From assembly GCA_030141605.1 (NCBI GenBank), contig JAQGDQ010000661.1:52952-116951 (forward strand): DNA of 64,000 nt, read 5' to 3'. The notes under the pieces are model-generated. The model saw only the letters and a list, made by a program, of their open reading frames with translations. It made no database searches and had not been told where the DNA came from. Made by a program: the position numbers and the translations under genes. Of the stretch, positions 1 to 14,477 are shown piece after piece. Position 1 is the stretch's first letter. Every line of letters begins with the position of its first letter. The stretch comes from Tubiluchus corallicola. Its lineage: Eukaryota; Animalia; Priapulida.

Positions 1-2671
1 CATGCCCTGGCACAGTAAATTCTATCTCAGACATGCCCTGGCTCAGTAAATTCTATCTCGGACATGCCCTGGCTCAGTAAATTCTATCTCAGACATGCCC
101 TGGCTCAGTAAATTCTATCTCAGACATGCCCTGGCTCAGTAAATTCTATCTCAGACATGCCCTGGCTCAGTAAATTCTATCTCAGACATGCCTTGGCTCA
201 GTAAATTCTATCCCGGACATGCCCTGGCTCGGTAAATTCTATCTCGGACATGCCCTGGCTCAGTAAATTCTATCTCAGACATGCCCTGGCTCAGTAACTT
301 CTATCTCGGACATGCCCTGGCTCGGTAAATTCTATCTCGGACATGCCCTGGCTCGGTAAATTCTATCTCAGACATGCCTTGGCTCAGTAAATTCTATCCC
401 GGACATGCCCTGGCTCGGTAAATTCTATCTCGGACATGCCCTGGCTCAGTAAATTCTATCTCGGACATGCCCTGGCTCAGTAAATTCTATCCCGGACATG
501 CCCTGGCTCGGTAAATTCTATCTCGGACATGCCCTGGCTCGGTAAATTCTATCTCAGACATGCCCTGGCTCAGTAACTTCTATCTCAGACATGCCCTGGC
601 TCAGTAAATTCTGTCTCAGACATGCCCTGGCTCAGTAAATTCTATCCCAGACATGCCCTGGCTCAGTAAATTGTATCTCAGACATGCCCTGGCACAGTAA
701 ATTCTATCTCAGACATGCCCTGGCTCAGTAAATTCTATCTCAGACATGCCCTGGCACAGTAAATTCTATCTCAGACATGCCCTGGCTCAGTAAATTCTAT
801 CTCGGACATGCCTTGGCTCAGTATATTCTGTCTCAGACATGCCCTGGTTCAGTAAATTCTGTCTCAGATATGCCCTGGCTCAGTAAATTCTATCTCAGAC
901 ATGCCCTGGCTCAGTAAATTCTATCTCAGACATGCCCTGGCTCAGTAAATTCTATCTCAGACATGCCCTGGCTCAGTAAATTCTATCTCAGACATGCCCT
1001 GGCTCAGTAAATTCTATCTCAGACATGCCCTGGCTCAGTAAATTCTATCTCAGACATGCCCTGGCTCAGTAAATTCTATCTCAGACATGCCCTGGCTCAG
1101 TAAATTCTATTTCAGACATGCCCTGGCTCAGTAAATTCTATCTCGGACATGCCCTGGCACAGTAAATTCTATCTCAGACATGCCCTGGCTGTAAATTCTC
1201 AGACATGCCCTGGCTCAGTAAATTCTATCTCAGACATGCCCTGGCTCTGTAAATTCTCAGACATGCCCTGGCTCAGTAAATTCTATCTCAGACATGCCCT
1301 GGCTCAGTAAATTCTATCTCGGACATGTCCTGGCTCAGTAAATTCTATCTCGGACATACCCTGGCTCAGTAAATTCTGTCTCAGACATGCCCTGACACAG
1401 TAAATTCTATCTCAGACATGCCCTGGCTCTGTAAATTCTATCTCAGACATGCCCTGGCACAGTAACTTCTATATCAGACATGCCCTGGCTCTGTAAATTC
1501 TATCTCAGACATGCCCTGGCACAGTAACTTCTATCTCAGACATGCCCTGGCTCAGTAAATTCTATCTCGGACATGCCTTGGCTCAGTATATTCTGTCTCA
1601 GACATGCCCTGGTTCAGTAAATTCTATCTCAGACATGCCCTGGCTCAGTAAATTCTATCTCAGACATGCCCTGGCTCAGTAAATTCTATCTCAGACATGC
1701 CCTGGCTCAGATAATTCTCTCTCAGACATACCCTGGCACAGTAAATTCTATCTCGGACATGCCCTGGCTCAGTAAATTCTATCTCGGACATGCCTTGGCT
1801 CAGTATATTCTGTCTCAGACATGCCCTGGTTCAGTAAATTCTATCTCAGACATGCCCTGGCTCAGTAAATTCTATCTCAGACATGCCCTGGCTCAGTAAA
1901 TTCTATCTCAGACATGCCCTGACACAGTAAATTCTATCCCAGACATGCTCTGGCTCAGTAAATTCTATCTCAGACATGCCCTGGCTCAGATAATTCTCTC
2001 TCAGACATACCCTGGCACAGTAAATTCTATCTCGGACATGCCCTGGCACAGTAAATTCTATCTCAGACATGCCCTGGCTCAGTAAATTCTGTCTCAGACA
2101 TGCCCTGACACAGTAAATTCTATCTCAGACATGCCCTGACACAGTAAATTCTATCTCAGACATGCCCTGGCTCAGTAAATTCTATCTCAGACATGCCCTG
2201 GCTCAGTAAATTCTCTCTCGGACATGCCCTGGCTCAGTAAATTCTATCTCGGACATGCCCTGGCACAGTAAATTCTATCTCGGACATGCCCTGGCTCAGA
2301 TAATTCTCTCTCAGACATACCCTGGCACAGTAAATTCTATCTCGGACATGCCCTGGCTCAGTAAATTCTAAATCAGACATGCCCTGGCTCAGTAAATTCT
2401 ATCTCAGACATGCCCTGGCTCAGTAAATTCTATCTCAGACATGCCCTGGCTCAGTAAATTCTATCTCAGACATGCCCTGGCTCAGTAAATTCTATCTCGG
2501 ACATGCCCTGGCTCAGATAATTCTCTCTCAGACATACCCTGGCTCAGTAAATTCTATCTCAGACATGCCCTGGCTCAGTAAATTCTGTCTCAGACATGCC
2601 CTGGCTCAGTAAATTCTATCTCGGATATGCCCTGGCTCAGTAAATTCTATCTCGGATATGCCCTGGCTCAG
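1..2671. repeat. 31-bp minisatellite, truncated by window start
   Basis: Head-to-tail unit CATGCCCTGGCTCAGTAAATTCTATCTCAGA with scattered point variants; roughly 85 copies; no unique spacers. Confidence 0.97.
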
Positions 2672-3475
2672 TGTTTTCTTTCGTTTCTTTCTCTGCATTA
2701 ATTGTCTTACCGTAAACAATAAACGCTTCCAGTAGTTTCTATCTGATATGAAATGCATCAGTCTTAAATATTCGTACATTAATATTTTTAACCATCATTT
2801 TCTACTAATGTCTAATGTAATCTTGTAGTAAAACTTGTCAGCTTGTGTAGTTATAGTCTATTCTTACTGTAAATGTTTTTGAAAATAGTGTATAAAGTCT
2901 GTTGTGGTGAGGATCCTAAGTCATGTTGTTCAAACTGTCTGATCCAATCCTGTAATAAATTATGTTTAAACTAACAACAAAAACCGTAAACAATAACAAC
3001 AGAAACCAAAAATGTAAACAGCATTATAAAGTTGTTTAAAAAAGCCCTGTATTCATACGTGTTCTGACGGGTTCCTGTGTGCGTTGTTTGTCCAAGTGTG
3101 TGATTTGTTAGTTGTTTATATTTGTAAAATAAAGCGTTTGTTATTATTTATTTATTATAAAAACATATTAATTTGCATCTGATTTTTTTATTCCAACACA
3201 TTCACAATTTTAGTTCTCAGAACTACAAAAGACGTGTTTGCGCCATTGTTCCTTCTTTTGACCTACTCACCGTCTTTATCCGTCCGCCTTACTCTGCATA
3301 TAATCCTACTTACGAATTCGTTCGCAACAAGTCCACAAGGTGTCACCACATGCTATCGATCACGTGGCACAAAATTCATATAGTAACATGGAATTATATT
3401 TAAATGATAAAAAACGCTAACCTGCTTTCACAATAAACATAAACATAAAAAGAAATTGGTTTATTTTTTTACTAC

Positions 3476-3610
3476 AGACAAACAGACAGACAGACAGACT
3501 GACTGACTGACTGCTTGACTGACTACTGACTGACTGACTGACTGACTGACTGACTGACTGACTGACTGACTGACTGACTGACTGACTGACTGACTGACTG
3601 ACTGACTGAC
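3476..3610. repeat. (GACA)n/(GACT)n tetranucleotide microsatellite
   Basis: Read directly from sequence. Confidence 0.95.
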
Positions 3611-4100
3611 ATATTATGAGCCACTCGACTTCGTTTTATCTGAAGCAAATAAAAACATTTTCTGCTAATCCAATGTTAAAAGGATAATTAATTGCTATAA
3701 TGAAAATGTATAATAATATTATGAAATATGAAGAAATCAAACTTACATCTTTGCCGCATCTTACTAACTTGCTAAAGAGAACTCGACTGACAAAATTTTG
3801 TGATAAAACGACACGACGTACTGAACAAGAATGACTTCTTTCCTATCCTGTCTGCAAAATGAGGCCAATGGCCTATTTCCTGTCCTAGCTCACCTGTCTA
3901 TCAACAGCCTAAATTTGCAAAAAACAAACACAAGGAGGCACCACGTGCTTATATCCAAAACACACTCAGAATATAGGCTATTACAGAACGTTTCCCAAGT
4001 GGTTGCTCCAGATACGAGCTTGTTGAAGAAAAAGGCGTCATATAAGTGGCGTGAAATCCAGGATTACGTAGGATTAGGAACAGGATTAGGATCATGTTAA

Positions 4101-4574
4101 CCCTTTCAGTCCCAAATTTTTTTTAATAAGAAATTTTTTTTGGCTTGGTACTTTTGTTCAGTATATCCATCTTGTTTACACATAATAATTATTTTTTCTA
4201 CCTTCATTCTACCTACCTGCATACACAACATTCTTTGTCATGTACAAAAAGTCCGACTTTCTTAAAAACACAACAGAAGCAAAAAATGTGCTTAATTTTG
4301 CAACTGCTGATAATTTTTTAAAGTATTTAAGACATTTAGTATGCATGCTATGCTGATCTGTACAAAGTCGTCTCTAAAGTACTGTACCTTGCGCAGTTTT
4401 TTATGCTACGTAGATTTTCTAGTTTGCCATTTTATCACTATTTTTAGTCTATTGTTATTGGCTTAAATCAAAATAACTATTAACAGATCAAATAACTGTC
4501 AGTTTTAAAATTTTATTAATTTCAAAGGCAGAAAATATTCTCGTATCCCACGGGATACAACGGGTATGAAAGGG
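4101..4574. mobile_element. piggyBac-like MITE
   Basis: TTAA at 4097-4100 and 4575-4578 flanks termini CCCTTTCA...TGAAAGGG; no coding capacity. Confidence 0.75.
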
Positions 4575-5410
4575 TTAACGTTTAAAAATGCGTTTGCAAA
4601 ATACATCAGATTTTGATGAAAGTTTTAAAAAGGTTGTAGAATGTAGACGCTAGAGTGGTAAGACCAGTGGTCGCAGTGAGAGAACTGACCACGTGTCAAA
4701 AAATCAATAACAATCGTTATTAGCAAAATTATTCTACCATCGAGATATAGTTACTAGCACTGATGCTGTCTGTAAAGCGTTTACCTTTTCCGGTTTATAT
4801 TGGTGGTCAGTCTACACAGACAACAGTTCTTTAATTTTTCTGGTCAAACATGTGATGCTAACTCGTAATACGTATGGTAAACTCAGGTGAATCATTATTG
4901 AAAATAACATGGTGTTCTGAGATTTGCCATGGCCATAATCATAAAAGGTACAAGAATTACAGCTGAAACTAATTATTACTGATTACCAAAACAAAATGAG
5001 AATTAAACTGATAAGCATACCTGACGTCCATTACATATAGCTAAGATCTAAAAATATATTTGCCTGAGGACAATATAAACATTAAGTTTAAGTAACTGCT
5101 TGTGGTGTACTGCCAGGAGCAGATGACTTAAAATAACAGTTTGTGGTGTGTTAAAAGCCAGAATTACAGACTAACCAGTCGCTTAATGAACACCACACGT
5201 CTGCAAGTGTTTGTGGTGTGTTAGTTGAACAAATGCTGAATAAAACTGATCTGAGCTATAATTATAAAGCTTGCTAATATGTAAAACACATACAAAACCA
5301 TAAAGAAGAAAAAAGAATAAAAAGAGAGGACGAAAGCTTTGGAAGAAAAATTAAAGAATTTTTTTTGAGATTCGAGGCCATTTTAACTTCTTTTACCATT
5401 ATGAATCAAT

Positions 5411-5530
5411 AGTAATGACAATGATGGTGATAATAATGATGATGATGATGATGATGTTGATGAAGATGATGATGATAACAACGACGATGATAATGATGAT
5501 GTTGATAAGGATTACGATGACGACGACGAC

Positions 5531-5576
<46 letters not shown>

Positions 5577-5822
5577 TTGATGACGATGAGAAGGAGGAGG
5601 AGGATGATACTGGTGGTTATAGTAATGACAATGATGGTGATAATGATGATGAAGGTAATAATGGTGATGAGGATGATGAAAATGATGATGTTGATGACGA
5701 TGATGAGGTGATGGTAACAGTGAAAACGATGATGATGAAAAAGAATACGATGAGGTGAGGATGACAATGATAATGACGGTGATAATGATGACGGATGTGA
5801 TGATAATGGTGATGATGACGAC

Positions 5823-5854
<32 letters not shown>

Positions 5855-5855
5855 C

Positions 5856-5902
<47 letters not shown>

Positions 5903-5960
5903 CAATGACAATGACAATGACGGTGATAATGATTATGGAGGTGATGATGACGATGATGAA
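5411..5960. repeat. Degenerate (ATG/ACG)n low-complexity tract
   Basis: Trinucleotide tract that explains the poly-M, poly-I and poly-H ORFs; shares a specific interrupted block with the inverted tract at 23530-23950. Confidence 0.9.
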
Positions 5961-6054
5961 TCATTACTGTTTCACTTTTACAAGCAATCAGTAACAAGCT
6001 ACTTAAAAGAACAGACTTCGAGGCTTCGATCTTCATCAACGCAATTCTCTTTTT

Positions 6055-7487
<1,433 letters not shown>

Positions 7488-7747
7488 TTTCCCAGCCCTC
7501 GCTGAGATTAAACTTTAAACTTGGTGTTATGTCCACAGGGATTAATGTCCTTCTGTGACGAAGCCAAATAGCATCTACTTCTAAGCATCTATAGAAGAAG
7601 CCAGGCTATGAAAGCTTTGCTATTGACACAACGTGCGGCTATTTAAAGCTCGTCAGCTCCTTTATTCAGGATCGCGCCGTCATAAGTATGGCGGTATGCT
7701 GCTCATATTTTCACACGTTTTCACAAATTAAGCTAATTTTTGCTTAT

Positions 7748-7998
7748 AAATAGGTTTCACAATTGACGATTTGCGGGATAGATCCAGAAATAGGTTTCAT
7801 AATTGACGATTTGCGGTATAGATCCAGAAATAGGTTTCATAATTCTCGAGATGTGGGATAGATCCAGAAATAGGTTTCATAATTCTCGAGATGTGGGATA
7901 GATCCAGAAATAGGTTTCATAATTCTCGAGATGTGGGATAGATCCAAAAATAGGTTTCATAATTCTCGAGATGTGGGATAGATCCAGAAATAGGTTTC
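7748..7998. repeat. 40-bp minisatellite, about 6 copies
   Basis: Unit AAATAGGTTTCATAATTCTCGAGATGTGGGATAGATCCAG. Confidence 0.92.
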
Positions 7999-8162
7999 TA
8001 AAACGGTTTTATATCAACATGGTCTATAGATAGACGGTGACTGTTTTGCCAACGTTTGAGTTGCTTTGCAATGAACTGTTTTTCTGTTTTCTCTGCGGCT
8101 ACGTCTGTCTGTCTCTCTGTCTCACGCCAGAGTTTGTCAGATGTTATTCATTATTCAGAAGA

Positions 8163-8651
8163 TTAATGGAAGACAGGATGATTTTTCACACACTACCCAA
8201 TCTTAAAAAGTATACATTTTAATGCAATTAATACTGCAAAAGTGTTTCTGATAATTAAATAATAGATTAATATCTTAATTAGCAGTAGGCGAGCCCAACT
8301 ATTGATATCATCACAAACTAACATAATTTTCAATAGCAGAAATATTTCACGAGCGTGTTGCACGTCATTACGAAAGCGAAAATTGAAGTACAGTGCTACT
8401 GTAAGATATTCAATGTGTTGTAGTAAAACTAGGCAAGTTTTAAGATAAAATTCAAATTTCAAATTTACCGCTGTGCTCACGCATGAGCTGCCGAACGTTT
8501 GCAACTCGTCACAAACTAACATATCTGAAGTGTGAGGTACAGCACCTGTTTTTGTACAATGCGTTTCCGGAATGCAGGCGCAAAATTGTGTTTGTTTGGC
8601 AATAATTCTTTCACGTAAGTCATTTTTGAAAAATAGTGTGTTTCCTTTCAA
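8163..8651 (-). mobile_element. Non-autonomous TTAA-flanked DNA element (Kolobok-like), family A copy
   Basis: Reverse-complement homologue of 10776-11329 and 29132-29680; TTAA followed by a GGAAGACAGGATGATT terminus. Confidence 0.65.
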
Positions 8652-8996
8652 TATTTTGAAGAGTAGATTGTTTTAACCTACAGTTTAAGATTTAGCCTGG
8701 TTTTGGTTTCATTGAATTTTGTCTTTGGTAAATTATGAGTTAGGCATTTTTTGTAAGCAGTTTGACGCTTGCTAAGTAGGTATTCAGCACTCACAGACAA
8801 GGTATACGTAATGTACATGATTATGGCGGGATCGAAACCTCTCTCATTAATAACAATTATTATGCAAGAGCCACTGAACCAGCAGGGCCATCTTAGCCAG
8901 GTTTGGATGACTATTCATGTTTTTCTCAACAATATCCCCTGGAGGCAGCACAGTAGATGAAACCGCGCAGAAATACTTTTCCAGGTGGTCAATTCC

Positions 8997-8999
<3 letters not shown>

Positions 9000-9076
<77 letters not shown>

Positions 9077-9195
9077 GTCTCTTTCTCTCTCTCTCTTTCT
9101 AGCTCTCTCTCTCTCTTCCTCTCCCTCTTTCTTTCTCTCTCTATCTCTGTCTCCGTCTCTCCCCCTCTCTCTTTCTCTCCTTCCCTTTCTGTCTC
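9000..9195. repeat. (CT)n microsatellite
   Basis: Read directly. Confidence 0.95.
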
Positions 9196-10024
9196 ACGTT
9201 TTTCGATGTTTCCTTGTTTCATAAGTTTTCTAGATCTGTGGCTACTTTCTGCTTAGTTTTTCATTCTCTTGAATGTAGGGCGCATCAAAACATCCTGATC
9301 CCCTAAGCAGACAGTCACGTTCAGGGCGTCAAATGTATTAAAGTGAGTAAAAACTGATACCTTTGTCCTGTCTATTTTGAGCTTACTGCGTTTATAAGAT
9401 GAGCTAAACGTGATTGCTTGTGGTGTACTAATTGTGCTTTTAATTAGTACAAACGTGAAGAATTACAGCTATTTGCATAACAATTATATGTAAACTGTTT
9501 GCGGAACAACCTGTGATGTAACACGTTACGCTATGTATATGGCGTTATATACCATAAGGTCCAGTAACTGCTTGTCGTGTGTTACAAAAATACACGACAT
9601 ACATGAATATGAAATGATGTATGTGTTCTCCGAGGAGAATAAGAATTTTTTTTAACACTGCCCCCCTATAATCTGGCGCACTAGCCTAGATAGCCTATTC
9701 GTAGATACGCCCCTGCTTGAAGGTAAACAACTAATATTTATGTCACTTGTTTCAATTACATACATCAGTTGAAAAACATTTTACAAAGCAAAATGATTGC
9801 GTGATGTTGGCTGAGCTAAATAAATTGCCATTTGCTTCTTTTCACTGACGAAAAAGCAATAAAAACGCTTCATTTAGTTGTATTGACTGTACTGTAGGAT
9901 AGAACTGTCACCTATACCCACTCACTAATCGTGTAGCAATGAAAGTATCACAACGAAAGAAAGACTATTAAATTTGTCTAATTGTTTCACGCTAACGCTT
10001 GCAAGAAGATTCCCCTTATTGTAG

Positions 10025-10515
10025 ACTGGTAATAAAGTCACGGGGGGAAAAAGTCACGGAAAAAGTCACAGGGAAGAAGTCACAAGTTTGGCTAGAAAAG
10101 TCAAACGAAAGAAGTCACAATTTTGGCTAAGAAAAGTCACAGGAAAAAGTCACAATTTTGGCTAAGAAAAGTCACAGGAAAGAGTCACAATTTCGGCTAA
10201 GAAAAGTCACAGGAAAAAGTCACAATTTTGGCTAAGAAAAGTCACAGGAAAAAGTCACAATTTTGTCTAGAAAAGGTCAAAGGAAAAAAGTCACAATTTT
10301 AGCTAAGAAAGGTCACAGGAAAAAGTCACAATTTTGTCTAGCAAAAGTCACAGGAAAAAAGTCACAATTGATTTTGGTTTGGTCTACGGAGAGGGTTATT
10401 GTTAGGGTTATTTCTTTTTTCTCCCCCTGTATTTTCCCCCGTGACGTTTTTCTGTGACTTTTTCAGTGACTTTTTCAATCTGTGACATTTTGCCTGTGAC
10501 TTTTTTGCGTGGATT
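10025..10515. mobile_element. Foldback-like MITE with inverted AAAGTCACA/TGTGACTTT arrays
   Basis: Left arm of ~35-bp tandem units (GAAAAGTCACAGGAAAAAGTCACAATTTTGGCTAA), a short central TTAGGGTTA, and a right arm of GTGACTTTT motifs; related to 17608-18241. Confidence 0.6.
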
Positions 10516-10775
10516 TCCCCTAATTTTGCTAAAACTATATGGGATTACCATATAATGTTACATCTCATAACAGCACTATAATAGTAAGTAGTCCCTGGTA
10601 AACTAAACATGTGCAAGTCCACTGTTTCCCGACGACCTTTGACCTTTTAAATGTGATCAAAAATCATTTAAGCTAAGAAACAAATTTGGCATTAGCTCGT
10701 GTCCATTTCACCATTTTAAAATAAAACCGGACCCAATCTTAAACTTTAGGTGAAAACAGTCTACCCGATAAAATA

Positions 10776-11329
10776 TTAAAAGAGAACATACTATTTTTTA
10801 AAAATGACTTACGTGAAAGAGTTATTGACTCAGAAACGTAATTTCGTGTTCGCGCGGCTAATCCTTCTTATGCATTTTGCCATTTGCTAGTTAGATGGGT
10901 GCGCCTGCATCTCGGAAATGCGTTGCGTAGAAACAGCAGCTGCATCTCTCAATTCAGAGGTGTTCAGTTGTGACGTAGTACATGCGTTCAGGTTTTCATT
11001 CTTTTCCACAGCGGTAAACATAAATTTTTAACTTAAACTTTAAATTTCTAACTTAAAAATTTGTATGTCACACTGAATATCTTACAGTAGCACTGCACTT
11101 CAATTTTCGCTTTCGCAAACACCATGCAACACGCTCGTGGAATATTTTTGCTGTTGAAAATTACGTTAGTTTGTGATGTCGTCACTAATTTGGGTTCTCC
11201 TGCCGTTAGTTAAGATTTTGATCTATTATTTAATTATCATAAACACTGGCATTATTATAGGTGTTAAAACATCGTACTACGTACTACGAAGTGGAGCAAC
11301 TTATGAAAAACCATTCTGCTTTCCTTTAA
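10776..11329 (+). mobile_element. Non-autonomous TTAA-flanked DNA element (Kolobok-like), family A copy
   Basis: TTAA at both ends; collinear with 29132-29680 and inverted relative to 8163-8651. Confidence 0.65.
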
Positions 11330-11874
11330 GAGACGAAAAATCAGCGCACATCACTTTTACGAAATGTTAAACGATATTTTGATTAATAAATAAAGAAAGA
11401 AGCCAGCAGAAGCCAGTTTAACAAGGAACGTGCAACAAGTTTGAGTCTAAATGTCGCTGAAATGTTGATGTACGAGTTCCATTTTTCCTTTAGAAAGTTC
11501 TTGGTTCGAAACAAACTGTGAGTTAATTCAATTTTCTTTTCACTTTCCTAATTTATAACCGCGGTTTTCTGTTTGGTGTTTTCTGCTTTATTCTTATTTA
11601 TTTGTTTCACTTTTCAATAATCTCAAGACATTCACTGATTAAAACGTCCGGTTGAATTATTTAAAAAGGTGAGCCAACGTGAGTTCAAGATTTCAAAGCA
11701 AGCGAAGACGATACAAACATGAAGGAAGCCATTTCAGTTCAACTGATTTAGTGAATGAGTGAGTGAACGAATGAAAGAACTAACAGATGAACGAACAAAT
11801 GAAAAGTTAAAGTGGAATGAAGAAGCAGTGAATGAGTAAATGAATAAATAGGACTGACCGAATGAACGGGTTAC

Positions 11875-12118
11875 TGAATGAATGAATAAATGAATGAATG
11901 AATGAATGAATGAATGAATGAATGAATGAATGAATGAATGAATGAATGAATGAATGAATGAATGAATGAATGAATGAATGCATAAATGAATGAATGAATG
12001 AATGAATGAATGAATGAATGAATGAATGAATGAATGAATGAATGAATGAATGAATGAATGAATGAATGAATGAATGAATGAATGAATGAATGAATGAATG
12101 AATGAATGAATGAATGAA
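11875..12118. repeat. (TGAA)n microsatellite
   Basis: Read directly. Confidence 0.96.
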
Positions 12119-12192
12119 AATAGAAATAAAAGTGTTCAGTGACTATCGTAATATGTAAAAATTATTATTATTTTTATTATTATTTTTAGACT

Positions 12193-12495
12193 CAAAAACA
12201 GCCCACTTCTGAGATTGAACACAGCTTTCCTACGTATACAGGGAAGACTTGGTACATTGTATCTAAAAATTGTATCAGTATTGTACAGAAAGTTATTAAT
12301 AACAGTATCCTGTCTGAAAAACAGCCTACATCTGAGACTAAACGTAGCTTTTCTACGTATGCATGAAAAACTTGGCACATTGTATCTAAAAATTGTATCA
12401 GTATTGTACAGCAAGTTATTAATAACAGTCAAAAACAGTCTACTTCTTAGACTAAACGTAGCTTTCTTACATATGCATGAAAATTTGGTACATAG
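12193..12495. repeat. ~115-125-bp tandem repeat, about 2.5 copies
   Basis: Recurring AAAAACAG...GTAGCTTT...CATTGTATCTAAAAATTGTATCAGTATTGTACAG...TTATTAATAACAGT. Confidence 0.85.
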
Positions 12496-13519
12496 TAAAT
12501 GTAGTATATATATCAAAAGAACACAAAACATTACTTACCAGCTTATATATTTGTTCTGACTATAGAATTTACTCTCGTCGTCCTATCAGTATTCTTTTCA
12601 GTCTGAATCTGTTCCAAATCCTGTATCAGTTTTCTAAAATGCCTCAAAAACCTCGCAAAACGTTTCAGCACAAATCAAAGCGATATTATTTCATCATAAT
12701 CCATAGCAGTCCTGCTAATGCGCATTCTCGAGATTGCCAGCTACTGAAGTGTCCAAAAAATAACGTAAAATTGTTTCTGCAGTATCCAGACTCGTGTTAA
12801 CAAGCAGTTCAAATTTTCAACATTGAAAAGTCCTTGTAAATTTACCAGTAAAAATTGTTATTTATCACATAAGCGACTTCAGAAATCGAGTTAAAACAGA
12901 AGTTACTGTCAACGCTAAAAAGATTAATTCAATTATTTCAACAAAAGTTTTAAAAAAGTGGAACTTGTCAGTGTGTAGCTATTATGTAAGAAAATTCTAC
13001 TCCGTATCACGAATTTTCGCTAATTTCGAAGTAATATTTTTATCTTACTTTGCAGAAATCACTATAAAATTATTAAATTTGTTTTGTTTTTATCTTTGCC
13101 ACGTTTCTTGCTTTGTCTTTTCTTTAGAATTTTTAGGGAATGGCACCACGACGCGTCGGTTTTGTAACAATCACTTCCCGTGAGCACTCAATCCAGGATT
13201 GAAATATGAAACGCGCATGCGCTGTATGTGAGGTTTCGTTTTCAACATCCTACTGGCTATGCTAATTAACGGTAAAAGGGATGTGAGCGTTGGTGGTACG
13301 CGTGTGAACACCCACACGTGCGGGCTCCGCGTCGTTAATAAAACTCTAATTATTTTCCTACATAGATTGCAAAAGGTGCTATAATTATTTATATCAGTGT
13401 CTGTGATGTTTTTGCTGTCTGGCCGTATAAGCTCGCATTGGAAGGAAACTTTCTGTTTTTAGTATAAAAATCAAACCAGATTAACTTGTTATTCTATGTT
13501 CTGCGGCGAGAAAAAAGAC

Positions 13520-13990
<471 letters not shown>

Positions 13991-14217
13991 GTTCATAGAG
14001 AGAGCAAGAAAGATGAGACAGGAACTTGCATTAAAGTGAATGTAACCTACAACGAGACGAACACGTGATACGAACTCATACTACAAAGTACAAAGCAGCA
14101 GCTAATCCACAAAATACAGCTAAATTAGCACCCAAAGTGGTATGATGGTGTGACCGAAGTTCTAGTGTTGCCACTCACACTCAAATATGATTGAATATGA
14201 CATGCACATGATATGCA

Positions 14218-14281
<64 letters not shown>

Positions 14282-14477
14282 GTACATGAGAAAACAGTAA
14301 ATTAATATACGAAGAGAAAAAGCATGTGCTATTTTGTGCTACACTAATTATTAAATGACGTCACTACATTTAAAAGACAAATTTCATGATTTGACGGAAA
14401 ATGTATTGCGATTACTGGCACAATGTCATATTTCAATGGCACATCTTAGTTTAAAAGAAATTCATAATAGAATCAAA

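Noticed and set aside
1-2671. CRISPR-like appearance of the 31-bp array (also the 40-, 55- and 68-bp arrays)
   Set aside because: Units are head-to-tail with no unique spacers, there are no cas genes, and the context is eukaryotic.
3180-4060. Possible first exons or promoter of another minus-strand gene (donor-like GTGAGT near 3265-3270)
   Set aside because: No coherent reading frame or partner exon could be built within the window.
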